Source: a virus. From it: DNA of 64,000 bases. The notes below the pieces were generated by a model, which had not been told where the DNA came from, did not search any database, and saw nothing but the letters and a program-made list of their open reading frames with translations. Location of the stretch: IMG/VR virus record IMGVR_UViG_3300020429_000529, positions 70,762-134,761 of that record; one strand, 5' to 3'. The position numbers were made by a program, and so were the translations under genes. Shown here one piece after another: positions 8,639 through 20,100 of the stretch. Numbering within the stretch: position 1 is the stretch's first letter; each line of letters begins with the position of its first letter.

Positions 8639-10039
8639 ATGAGATTTCGCAACACAACAGGTAACTCGATATACCTTGAAGACATCGATCGCCATATTCC
8701 CTTCGAAGAAGACAGGGAGTTTGAGATCGACGTTGACGATGTGAAGAAGAGCTTCACCTTCCAGAACCTCGCTGTTCTTGGAGCGGTTGAGATCATCGAG
8801 CATGGCGAAGAACGAGTAGAGAAGAATCTGATCCGCTTCGCGCGCGAACGCGCTGAGCATGCGGAGAAAGCAGAAGACGAGGAGCCTCGCATGGCAAGCG
8901 GAGATACGCCTGAAGTCATTATCAAGGGTCACTTCTATGAAGCAGGCGGATACGCAAAGGTCAATCGAAATCTCGCAATGGGATTGCGGGCTCTTGGGAC
9001 CAATGTCGAAATCAACCCGTTCACGACAAAGCGAAACGATCTGAACGAGTTTGAAGTTCGTGCATTGGCTCCTATGAAGAAGAGGCTCGGCAGAGGGGCA
9101 ATCAAGATCGATAGCATCATCCCGTCTTTCAGCGAGATGAGCGTTCAGCATCCGTACTCGATTCTGTATACGACGGTTGAGGCAGCAAGCATCCCTGAGC
9201 AGTTTGTAGAGATCTGCAACCGCTACAACGAAGTTTGGGTTACAGCGGATTTCTGCAAGCAAGTCATGGAAAAGTGCGGCGTTCGCAAGCCTATCTATGT
9301 CATGCCTCCCGGTATCAATCTCAAGACTTTCCATCCAGACTATGAACCATATGACTTCTCTCCGTCTCTCAAGTCATTTGTATTCTGCGCGCTCGGACAG
9401 TGGCAGCCTCGGAAGGGTTGGGATGCTTTGGTCCGAGCATATTTGACAGAGTTTAGCGGAGATGATGATGTGTCGCTGCTTGTTGTGAGCCGCTATCAGT
9501 ATTCTTCGGAACGCAGCGGCGTCATCAAGACCGAGATCGACAAGCTCATCAAGAAGTATGGCGGAGACAATCCTGCCCATATTGTTCGTTGTCGCAGGGT
9601 GATTCCTGAGTACGAACTTCCTCGCATTTACAAGGCATGCAACGCATTTGTTCTTCCGTCTCGCGGGGAAGGCTTTGGGTTGCCTTACGCAGAGGCATCA
9701 TTGTGCGGTTTGCCTTGTATCGCCACGAATCACAGCGGTCATACGATGTTTCTCAAGGGCGATAACTCGATCCTTGTAGACATTGATCGCCTTGAGAAGA
9801 TCCCCAAGGGGTCGATGCATGTCCATTACTGGGATGACCAGTTGTTCCCGTCGCTGAGGTCGCAAGACTTCATTGACAACTTCGGCGGGGCGATGAGAGA
9901 TGCGTATGACTATTACGATGAAGCTCTTGAGCGTAACGAACGTCTTCAATCGTTGCTCAAGGAGCAATACAGCTTCCGTGCCTCCGCACAACGAGCGAAG
10001 GATAGGATTGACGAAATCTGGAAGACGCTGAAGGAGTAA
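8639..10039 (+). CDS. GT-B glycosyltransferase (family 4-like) with an extra N-terminal module
   Basis: GGYAKVNR, RKGWDAL, FVLPSRGEGFGLPYAEASLCGLPCIATN (EX7E motif). Confidence 0.9.
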   Translation: MRFRNTTGNSIYLEDIDRHIPFEEDREFEIDVDDVKKSFTFQNLAVLGAVEIIEHGEERVEKNLIRFARERAEHAEKAEDEEPRMASGDTPEVIIKGHFYEAGGYAKVNRNLAMGLRALGTNVEINPFTTKRNDLNEFEVRALAPMKKRLGRGAIKIDSIIPSFSEMSVQHPYSILYTTVEAASIPEQFVEICNRYNEVWVTADFCKQVMEKCGVRKPIYVMPPGINLKTFHPDYEPYDFSPSLKSFVFCALGQWQPRKGWDALVRAYLTEFSGDDDVSLLVVSRYQYSSERSGVIKTEIDKLIKKYGGDNPAHIVRCRRVIPEYELPRIYKACNAFVLPSRGEGFGLPYAEASLCGLPCIATNHSGHTMFLKGDNSILVDIDRLEKIPKGSMHVHYWDDQLFPSLRSQDFIDNFGGAMRDAYDYYDEALERNERLQSLLKEQYSFRASAQRAKDRIDEIWKTLKE

Positions 10040-10042
10040 AAG

Positions 10043-10705
10043 ATGATTGTATTGATCGATGCAGAAGCCGGGAAGGTTATTGTCTGCGACAAACAGACCA
10101 GGGAATACAGTATCAACGATATCAACAGTATCGCTGCCGCTATTTCTGGCAAAGAGGTTTACTACGTTACCTCTGCTGATATGGCAAGCGGCGATGAGGT
10201 CGTTGGTTTGTTGAGCCAGATCACGGGCAAGTTTCCGAATCCTTCGGAGATCACAACCATACAGCCTACTGATGAAGGCGAGTTTCTTCATCCGTCGAAG
10301 AACAGGCAGATCATTATCATCGGGACAGATGGTAGAGAGTTTCAGTTCCGAGGTATCTTTGATTTCAAGAGATTGTCGTCTGTGCCTCCCGAGGTTATGG
10401 AGAGCGAACAGATGCAGATGTTCTTGCAGAGCGGCGTGATTGAAAAAGTTGACGCTCAGCGCAAGAAGGAAATTGTTAGCGAGTTTGAAGTTCGAACTTC
10501 AGAACGCCGAAAGAGACAGCAGGCGCAGGAGGATTCAATCCTTGTCAAGGATTCAACTCCTGGGGCAGCGTCGAAGGCTGCGGTTGATGGGATCGCAAAT
10601 GGCGAGGAAGATATTGCGCCAGAGATTTCCATCTCGGGCGAGGTTTCTTTCAAGCGAGAAGATCACTCCGAGCATCATCAGAACATGAAAAACTTGGGTT
10701 TGTAA
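10043..10705 (+). CDS. Hypothetical protein
   Basis: 220 aa, SD AAGGAG, packed in the glycosyltransferase operon. Confidence 0.7.
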   Translation: MIVLIDAEAGKVIVCDKQTREYSINDINSIAAAISGKEVYYVTSADMASGDEVVGLLSQITGKFPNPSEITTIQPTDEGEFLHPSKNRQIIIIGTDGREFQFRGIFDFKRLSSVPPEVMESEQMQMFLQSGVIEKVDAQRKKEIVSEFEVRTSERRKRQQAQEDSILVKDSTPGAASKAAVDGIANGEEDIAPEISISGEVSFKREDHSEHHQNMKNLGL

Positions 10706-10708
10706 GTA

Positions 10709-11473
10709 ATGAAAACACTGGTTATTTGTCATGGGGAGCCGTGGGAGGCCCTTGCTTCCACGACGCTTATCAAGAGTCTACAGAGGGAGGATGAGAGGCT
10801 GAAGCTCACATGGGTTTCTCGCCCTGATACATCGTGTCTCTTCAAATACAATAGCAACATCGATGAGCTTCATGAAGAAACAACTCTCCATGACAAGTTC
10901 GACAGAGCTATCAACCTGACGCCCACAGAGGCCGCAGGACGCATTCTGTCGGAAGTCGAGGCCTCAGAGAAGCTGGGCTACTCGTACTCGTCAGACGGCA
11001 TCCAGCCGCTCAATGAGGGAGCAGCCGAGGTTCTGCCGATTTTGCGGGGCGAAGAGACCAAGCGAAACTATTTTCAGGTCATGTTTCGAATTGCGGACAT
11101 GACTTGGAAAGGAGAGGGGTATGATTTCTCGTACTATCCTCGCAACAAGATGAAGAAAAGGAAGACAGGCGTTGCCATTAGCGATGATTCTCTAAGGGAG
11201 TTCATCAAAACCAATCTCGAACTGAATCAGTCTGAGTTGTGGCATGTGCCTATGCGGGAAGACCTTCTCAAGCGAATCGATGAGGTCAACAGGGTCAGGC
11301 AGTTGATAACGGACGATTTGTTTACCGCGCATGCTGGTATTGCCATGCGTAAGGACGTTGAGTTTCTTGATACCCAGGGACTAAACATGTCGATTGAGTT
11401 CTTTGGGAAAGGGAGCCATTACCGTATCAGTCATGCCCTCCGTAACCTTCAAATGCAACCGAAGCAATCCTAA
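10709..11473 (+). CDS. Glycosyltransferase family 9 (heptosyltransferase)-like protein, possibly degenerate
   Basis: ASTTLIKSL, LTWV, LFKYNSNIDE, FDRAINL, LITDDLFTAHAGIA resemble GT9 motifs, but the usual GD and DT/SG motifs are altered. Confidence 0.6.
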   Translation: MKTLVICHGEPWEALASTTLIKSLQREDERLKLTWVSRPDTSCLFKYNSNIDELHEETTLHDKFDRAINLTPTEAAGRILSEVEASEKLGYSYSSDGIQPLNEGAAEVLPILRGEETKRNYFQVMFRIADMTWKGEGYDFSYYPRNKMKKRKTGVAISDDSLREFIKTNLELNQSELWHVPMREDLLKRIDEVNRVRQLITDDLFTAHAGIAMRKDVEFLDTQGLNMSIEFFGKGSHYRISHALRNLQMQPKQS

Positions 11474-12257
11474 GAATGCAGTAGGCAAGCTTCGTAAGAA
11501 AACGGTTTACACTCCGTCGATGATCGGATTCGATGGAGTGAAAGGCGATGGTCTCGGCGTTCGTATCTGCATCATTGATACAGGATACCCGAGACACGAG
11601 AACATTCCATTCTCGGCATCAAATACAATCGATTTCACAAGCTCCAAGTCTGCCGCCAAGGATACTCATGGTCACGGAACCGGAGTAGCAGGCATACTCA
11701 AGGCCCATGGAGGGTCTATTGAGGGGATGGTGCCGAAGGCGGAGATCTTCTACGCTAAAGGGCTCTCCGATGAAGGAGAAGGCAGCCACGGCGCGGTACA
11801 AGCATCAATACTCTATGCTATCGTGAAGCAAGTAGACATCATCGTCATGTCTTTTGGGTCAGAGATCCGGCACCCTACGCTTCATGATGCAATCAAGAAA
11901 GCGTACCATAGCGGCATCTCTCTCTTTGCAGCATCGGGTCAAACTTTGCGATCGACGAAGGATTCCGATTACCCTGCAAGGTTTCCTGAGGTCATGTCAG
12001 TCGGTTATTCATCTACCAACTTTCCTACGGCAGGATCGTCGGATGCGCCTCATATTGCGATGCCCATAAAGGGATTGCAAACAACGTTCCTCGGAGACAA
12101 ATTCATCAAAATGAACGGAACGAGCGCCATCACGCCAGCTATCGCAGGAGTAGCTGCGATTCTGCTTCAGAACAACCGCTCTGTTCGTCAGGCAAATCAG
12201 CCTGGCTTTCTCTATGACAAGCTGATCTCTCTTTGTCGTCCCGATCGAAGGAGTTAA
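11433..12257 (+). CDS. Subtilisin-family (S8) serine protease
   Basis: Catalytic triad motifs IIDTG, HGHGTGVAG, GTSAITPAIAG; DYPARF. Start uncertain (track gives 11394; ATG at 11433 preferred). Confidence 0.9.
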   Translation: MPSVTFKCNRSNPKNAVGKLRKKTVYTPSMIGFDGVKGDGLGVRICIIDTGYPRHENIPFSASNTIDFTSSKSAAKDTHGHGTGVAGILKAHGGSIEGMVPKAEIFYAKGLSDEGEGSHGAVQASILYAIVKQVDIIVMSFGSEIRHPTLHDAIKKAYHSGISLFAASGQTLRSTKDSDYPARFPEVMSVGYSSTNFPTAGSSDAPHIAMPIKGLQTTFLGDKFIKMNGTSAITPAIAGVAAILLQNNRSVRQANQPGFLYDKLISLCRPDRRS

Positions 12258-12300
12258 GGCTCATCTGTGAGAAAAATAAAAGACTGAGCGAGGTAGAGAT

Positions 12301-14118
12301 ATGCCCTGGGTCCCCAACAACAAGAAGCGATCGGATGGCGTAACGGGGCCTGTTGATGCCTCGGATGTCACATACACTCCGGTCGATGAAAGCAACTGGG
12401 GAGGGGCTGATCCTGGTAACGTAGATGATGCCCTTGATGACCTCGCGGAGTGCTGTACCACGAACTCAGACATCATCGACCAACTTGTCCCGCCTAACGC
12501 CCCTTCTCTTGATGATATAGAGGAAGAGTTGGGCAGCAATGGAGTTGCAGGAAACCTCTCATTTGGTTCTGCAAATGCTATTGCAGGATACCAGAATCAT
12601 CCAACATATGATGTAGACGATCTCATGCCGAATACCGGCGATGAGTTGGGGATTTATGGTTCGGACACAGTAATCGTGGCAACTCTGAACGATGATGTTG
12701 CTGCGGAAGCAAACGGAGCATATCCGGCTGACGCATTTAGTCCTGGCAATGAGGGGACGCTTCAGTTGCTTATTGATGTAGCTGGGGTAGAGACCGTCAT
12801 TCATTCGGTTGATCTTTCAACCTTTGGATCGGGTCTAAGTCAAAATGCTCAAGGATCAGGGTTCTCGCTTAGCGCTTCAACGCCTGTTGAGTTCCCTAAT
12901 GGATCAACATTTCCCTCAAGGCAGTATAGAACAGGGCTTGTCGTTGTTGCTTCGACTGAGAATCAAGACGGATACAATAAAGTCCTCGTCAAGCATATTA
13001 CTTCGGACGGAACGAATACGACCAATGCTATCGAATGGATTATTGACAACGTTGATACTGCTACATCTTTCAATACGGGAACTTTTTCGTCTCTCAACAC
13101 ATCTGGAAGCAAGTATCTGTCTGGCGTTGAGTATCATACGAGCATCTCTGCAACCTACAACATAACTATCAGCAATGCCTACCGAAACACTTATTCGGAC
13201 AGCGGTTCGGCAATAACCCATCCAACGAACGATAACTGTTCGATATCATCTTCAGCGATACCCATCCTTCAGCCAGACGATGAATCAGACACGATTGTTC
13301 TTGCAAAGACATGCACTCTCGATCAGACAAGGGTTATCAGAAATGTAGTTGGTCAGAACAGTCAATACGGTTTCAGAGTTAGCACTCGCGTAGACAGAAC
13401 TGTTCAGACAGATTCAACGTCTGCAAACGCATCTGATTACGAGTTTTGTTTTGATAACGCTTCGGCAAACAGTACCGATCTCGATCATACTTTCAATGAT
13501 GAGGCATACAGGATACCGAGCAATGCTAACTTCAACAATGATCTGTCATCAACTTGGGATGAGACCATTTCTCTTGTGAGCGCAACGGCGGGCTATTCCG
13601 ATGGCATTCAAACAATCAATGGCGGACTTGATTATCCAGAGGAGAACTTTGGAACGATTGCTGATGGACCCGCTGGCAACCCTGACTATTCGTCGGCTTC
13701 TGGATCTCGAACGTACTATGGCTACTTCACAAACAGTACGGCAACGGGCAACTTTCGATTGACGGTTCAGGGTACGGCTACTCTTATCGCGGAGACAACA
13801 AGCTTCACAAATGGAACAAATCAGGTCAAAATATCTCTCAAGTGGCCGAACTATGACAGCGGCAGCAGCGACTCGGGCACGGGAACAGGATGGCTCGATG
13901 TTACGCAGGCCTTCATTCAGGGGAACTGGGCAGACGGAGATGGGTGCTATTCGGCTTCGCTTGGTAACGACCAGACGATTCCAACAACAAACCTCGGAGT
14001 CACGATTGGAACTCGTAGTTCTGCCGATAGCTATGACAAGGTGTATTACCGCATAACCGTACCGCAGGGCTGGACAGGAGAAATAACCAGAGTTGCGATA
14101 ACTTGGAACGCAAGCTAA
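12301..14118 (+). CDS. Putative virion structural protein (Ser/Thr/Asn-rich, beta-rich)
   Basis: DASDVTY..NVDDALDDL fibre-type N-terminal motif; adjacent to the giant fibre genes; SD GAGGT. Confidence 0.6.
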   Translation: MPWVPNNKKRSDGVTGPVDASDVTYTPVDESNWGGADPGNVDDALDDLAECCTTNSDIIDQLVPPNAPSLDDIEEELGSNGVAGNLSFGSANAIAGYQNHPTYDVDDLMPNTGDELGIYGSDTVIVATLNDDVAAEANGAYPADAFSPGNEGTLQLLIDVAGVETVIHSVDLSTFGSGLSQNAQGSGFSLSASTPVEFPNGSTFPSRQYRTGLVVVASTENQDGYNKVLVKHITSDGTNTTNAIEWIIDNVDTATSFNTGTFSSLNTSGSKYLSGVEYHTSISATYNITISNAYRNTYSDSGSAITHPTNDNCSISSSAIPILQPDDESDTIVLAKTCTLDQTRVIRNVVGQNSQYGFRVSTRVDRTVQTDSTSANASDYEFCFDNASANSTDLDHTFNDEAYRIPSNANFNNDLSSTWDETISLVSATAGYSDGIQTINGGLDYPEENFGTIADGPAGNPDYSSASGSRTYYGYFTNSTATGNFRLTVQGTATLIAETTSFTNGTNQVKISLKWPNYDSGSSDSGTGTGWLDVTQAFIQGNWADGDGCYSASLGNDQTIPTTNLGVTIGTRSSADSYDKVYYRITVPQGWTGEITRVAITWNAS

Positions 14119-17100
14119 ATGCCGTTTACCGATGAATCACAAATCAAGGTAGCTTTCAAGAAGCTCATCGGTCGAGCGCATACGACGAACGACAAAGAGT
14201 TCTTCAACGAAGCGAAGTTCAGCCAGATTTCGATCTTCGCTTTCGAAGTCTTTGGTCAAGAGATCCCTTCAGATCCTCAGGCTGCTGTCGATGCAGGGCT
14301 TGTCGAGTATGTCGAGGCGGATCTTGTTCTTGACGGTACGTCGAATGGCAAGAGCTATGTTGCGCGATTTCCTGCTGGCTACAATGGCTACTTTGGGTCG
14401 GGCGTTGCCGGTTCTGATATCGGGCCTATTGCCTCTGCGATCCCTGCGTCGATCAATAGCTCTCTTGTAGATTCCGGTCATACAGGCGGTTTTGCTCCGG
14501 GGTTGTACGATAACGGCGTTCTTGTGCCTGCGACTTCGACCGAGGATTGGGTTTTCGATCCGGTCGCCATGATCGTTACTTCTGAAGACGATTTGAGCCT
14601 TGCTTCAACGGGCACGCTTCAGATCTACCTGTATATTGGCGATACAGTCCAAGACCATATCAACAACACAAACAACCCGCATGAGGTTGCCCTTGCTGAC
14701 TTGATCGATCTCAACATCTCGGGCTCTATGGCTCCCGATGATGGCGATCTCCTCATCTTCGTAGGCGGATCTCTCAATGAATGGCAAACAATTCCTTCGT
14801 CGTCAGTGGGAGTCACTGACCACGGAGATTTGACTGGTCTTTCTGATGACGATCATACGCAATACGTCACAAACAGTCCTGCTCTTGATGCAAGAAACGT
14901 AATCCAGCCAACCTCAAGTCCTCGTCGAGCGCTTCGTATCATGAGTAGCTCGGATGGTCCTGGTACTTGGGACTTCTTTGATGTCACTGAGGCTGGCGGC
15001 ACTCAGTTGATGAGGTTTGAGAACGATTCGGGCGACTACAGTCTCTACTTTGAGAATGGTCTTGCCACGATCTTTGACACAAACACTTACTTCAACAATT
15101 TTGTTGCGCTTACAGACTCGAATGATACTCCGACAAGAGCAGTTCGCCTTGCTGCTCCGACGACTCTTGCGAACATTGCTGGTTACACGATTACTCTTCC
15201 AACCACTGTTGGAGATGCTGGCGAGATACTTATTGTCGTCGATGGAAGCTCGATCGAGTCTGAGCTTGGTTGGGGTAGGCTGTCTATTAATGATCTTGTT
15301 GATGTTGTCATCGGCGAAGGTCTGCAAGACGGCTACATCCTTCAGTATGTTGGCGGCTCAATCGATGAATGGCAGGCGGTAAACCCCGGCGGCATTGGCG
15401 GAGGGGTTACGGACCACGGCGCTCTCGATGGTCTTAGCGATGACGATCATACGCAGTATGTTGTCAAGACGCCTGGTAGTAGCACTCGAAACCGTATTCA
15501 GCCAACGAGCAACTATACGGCTCTGAGCCTTAAGGCATTCAGCGCTTCTTCAGGGCCGCTGTTTCTCATCACTGACACTTCCGACCAGTCTTTGTTTCAG
15601 GTTGACCAAAGCACTGGAAACATTTCTTTCGGCGGAGCTACATCAAGTAACCAAACTTTGCTTGCGACTAATGCAAGCGGAACTCAAAAGACAGCCACGT
15701 TTCCTGATGTAACTGGTCAAGTTATGATGACCACTGCTACGCAGACGGTCACAGGAACAACAATCTTCACATCTCTTGATCTCGCCGTCCAGGGCGGCGG
15801 CGCGTTTTCTACGTTCTTCCGAGGAACTGCGACAACAACTCAGATCATTGATATCCCTGATGAGTCAGGAACGCTTGTCCTTGCGGGCGCTCTTCCTGCG
15901 GGAGCGGGACAATTTCTTAGGTCAACAGGAGCATCGTATCTTGCCTCATGGGAATCGCTTTCCCTTGAAGACCTGCCAGATATTTCGCTTGATGATCTTT
16001 CGGATGTCATCGGAACAGGAGCGAACGATGGCGATGTTCTTGTATATGTAGGCGGGTCTCTCAACTATTGGGAACCGCAGGCAATCGACAACATTGACAA
16101 CATCGCGCCTGCTGATGCTTCTTACATAACGGCTGTTACTGAATCAAGCCTGCCTCAGTCTCGTCTGCTTGTTCAGGGCACAGGCATTCAGATACTTGAC
16201 TCAGGCGGCGGATCGAACCTTGTTATCGCCTCAAACGATAGCGAGATTGATCACAGCGCGCTGTTGAACCTCACGCAAGACGATCATACGCAGTATGTCA
16301 TAACGAGCCCCTCTTCGAGCGCTCGCAACCTTGTTACCGCAAGCAGTTCGACGGTCATCCCTTTGACATTGAGGGGCGCTGCGAGTCATAGCGTCAATCT
16401 GTTCGTTGTTGAAAACAGTGCAGGCACGGATCTCGTCTATGTCGAGTCTTCTGGCAATCTTGTTGCAAGAGGATCGATCAAAGGCGGCGGTTCTGCGGGA
16501 ACTGCTGATTCCGTAGCGTTTATTCTTGACAACTCTGGTCTTGGCGGCGGTCCTCGAACGTTTACGTTCCCCAACACCGCTGGTCAGATCATGACGATCA
16601 ACTCAAGCCAGACCATTACTGGAACCAAGACATTTACGCTTGCTGATCTTCGTTTCACTGGTTCTTCTTCGTCGCACGGTTGGATCTTTGCAACCTCTAA
16701 GACATCTGGCGGTTTTGATAACCTCAATGTTCCAGGAATAACAACTGGCGATGTAACAATGCTTATTACGGAGAATGTCTCCGTAACAGCAGGCGAAGTT
16801 GCTGTCGCAGCAAGTACGACTGTTGGAGCAGTTGATTTTAGACCTCTTGCATTTTCTGATCTTCCTGATATCTCTCTCGATGATCTTTCAGATGTCATCG
16901 GAACAGGAGCGAGCGACGGAGACATTCTTGTTTATGTCGGAGGATCTCTAAATTACTGGGAGCCATCAGCTTTTTCTGACTTGCTACCCGACAACATTGT
17001 TTATACAGAGGGTTTTCAAGACATACCGGGCAGTAAGCGATTTGATAGCGCTCTAATTTCCGGTATAGGCCTCGCTTCAACTCAGCTTAGTTCGCAGGCC

Positions 17101-20100
17101 ACAACAAATCAGAGCGCAAGCTTTCCTGATGCATCTGGTAATGTTGTTCTTGCTCTTTCAAATCCGACTGAAGCCGGACAGTTTTTTGTTGCTTTCGACA
17201 GTTCTAATACGGTTGGCGAATGGAAATCAATAGAGATTTCTGACCTGCCAGACATTGATCTCGATGATCTTGCGGATGTTGATGCTCCGAGCCCGACTGA
17301 TGGATATGTTCTGACCTACGTTGGTGGATCGATCAACTCCTGGCAAGCCCAACCGTTGCCATCTGATGCGGTTGGCATCTTGAGTCTCAATAGTCAAACT
17401 GGTTCTTCGCAAACATTCAGCGAATCCAATGACACAAATGTCACTATTTCCATCTCTTCGTCTTCAAATGACCATGAGTTTGCGATGGGCTGGAATGGGC
17501 AGCTTGCTATTGTTCGAGGCGGTACTGGCGCATCGAGCCAGCAAGGAGCCATCAATAACCTTGCTGGTTTTACGACCCGAGGCGATTTGCTTGTTGAGGA
17601 TTCGAGCGGAGACGCAAGCCGTTTGGCTCTTGGGGCAAGCGGCACAGTCCTCTACTCTGATGGTAGCGACCCAACATGGACGGCGCTAACAACCGACGAG
17701 GTTTCAGAGGGGAGCAACCTTTACTTCACGGAAGAAAGGGTCGATGATCGAGTCGCTGCCTTGATTCAAGATGGTATCGGTCTAACCTGGACATATACGG
17801 ACGGATCTAACACGCTCGTTGGAGATGTTTCTCTTTCTCCGTTTGATACGGGAGATTTGGCCGAAGGCAGCAATCTCTACTTCACAAACGAAAGAGTTGA
17901 CGATCGAGTTGCTGCCCTTATTCAGGATGGAACTGGTCTTTCATGGACATATGTTGACGGTTCTGATACTCTCACGGGTAATGTTTCTTTGGCTCCGTTC
18001 GATACAGACGATCTCTCCGAGGGATCGACAAATCTGTATTGGACAGATGTCAGGTTTGATGAGTCGTTTGCAGAGGCGATCGGTAATACGCTTCTGACTG
18101 AGCTTCTTGATGTCAATACGCCGACCCCTGCGGACGGCTATGTCTTGACGTATGTCGGCGGTTCAATTGATGAGTGGAGAGCCCTTCCTCTTCCGTCTGA
18201 CTCTGTTGGCATTCAGAGTATCAACGGACAGACTGGCTCAATACAGACGTTCTCTGATTCTGATGATACAAATGTAACTCTGACGATTACGTCATCCGCA
18301 AACGATCATGAGTTTGCTCTTGGATGGACGGGCGATCTGTCTGTTTCTCGCGGCGGAACCGGACTATCAACGCTTACAGACGGCGCTGTTTTGGTCGGTA
18401 ACGGAACATCTGCTGTCCAGTCGGTTGCCATGGGCGCGGGAGAAGTCCTGATTGGCAATGGCGCTGGATCAGATCCATCATCCGCTGAGTTGATTGAAGG
18501 AACGGGCATATCGATAACTTCTGGCGCTGGTAGCATTGAGATATCTACCAACGATTCAGAAATCGATCATGGCTCCTTGGCGGGTCTGAGCGATGACGAT
18601 CATAGCCAATATATCCACGACAGCCCATCGTCGAGCGCGAGGAACCTCATCGGCGCTCTTGGTACAACTGTAACTCCTTTGACGCTCAGAGGGGCTCCTG
18701 GTCATACTGCCGATATGCTCGTCATCGAGAATAGCGGCGGAACCGATCTTGCGACATTCAGTTCCGCAGGAGCTTTGACTCTTTCTAATGCGAGCGGTCA
18801 TATCAACTTGGAGACCGATAGTCAGTCGATCCGCATTGGCAACACTACAGGCCTTAGCGGAGCGGCAATCTATTCAGTTGGAGACGGTAGTGCAAGAAGT
18901 TTTGTTCTTGACTATTACGGAACAACTGGTACTGCTTCTCCTGAGATAATTCTTCGACGAGCAAGGGGCTCAGCTTCATCTCCTGGAAATCTTTCAACTG
19001 TTGGAGATGATCTTGGGGCTATCAGTTGGTTTGGGTACAATTCTTCTGCAGGCTCATTTGTTTCGACTGCCAGGATTATAGCTGAGACAACTCAGTCGTT
19101 TGCAGCTAATGCAGCAGGAACAAAGCTTGAGTTCCAGACTCTTGATGAAAGCATTCCTGGTTCTCCCTCGACGAAGCTGAGACTCAGCACAGAGGGCGTT
19201 AGGGCAATAGACAGGCTGTACCTATCTGCTGTTTCTGAAGTTACTTCAACCGATTACGTTCTTGCGTATGATGATGTAACGGATGAAGTTTCAATGATCG
19301 CTTTTGATATTGCAGCATTGAGTGATATCAACACGACCGGCGCAGATGATGGCGATATTCTTGTCTATGAGGGCGGTTCGGTCGATCAATGGCGACCATA
19401 TACGATTCCTGGCAACGATGGAAACCTTCTGTATCGAGACCAGTCTCGCATAGGCGCTCTTCCTCGGGTAAACTGGGATGATGCAGAACAAGCTCTTATT
19501 GTCGGCGTTCAGTCAACCGCAGAGAATGCGGCCACGACAGATTCGTTGCTTGAGTTCATCGGTAACAGTACCAAGCAGGCTGATGTTTGCTTCACGCAGG
19601 TTAGCGGCGATGCCACAGCAGGCGGTTTGGTCTTCTGGAAGGCCAGAGGCTCTCTGAATGCCCTTGCAAACGTCCAAGACAATGACCGTCTTGGCGAGTT
19701 CTTCTTTTACGGTCAGACTGGTATCGGATCTAACAATGGATTCGGTATTGGCGGATCGATCACGATGGATGTTGATGGCACGCCTACTGGCAGCGCTGCT
19801 TTTGTTCCTTCAACATTGAGCATCAACGTATCGAATGGATCAACCATCGCTACAATGATGCAGGTTGTCAACAACTCTCATACTGCTTTTCTCTCGGATA
19901 TTCGAGTTCTCAATCAGAATGCTGTTCGTTTCTATGAAACAGGCTCGGCAAACTATATTGAGTTCCAAGCCGCAGGGACAATGGCAGGAAACATCACATA
20001 CACTTGGCCTGATGCTGATGGATCTGCGACCGACTATCTGTCTACAAATGGCGGCGGTGTGCTTTCTTGGAGCGATGCGACTGGTTTGCTGGATTCTCAT

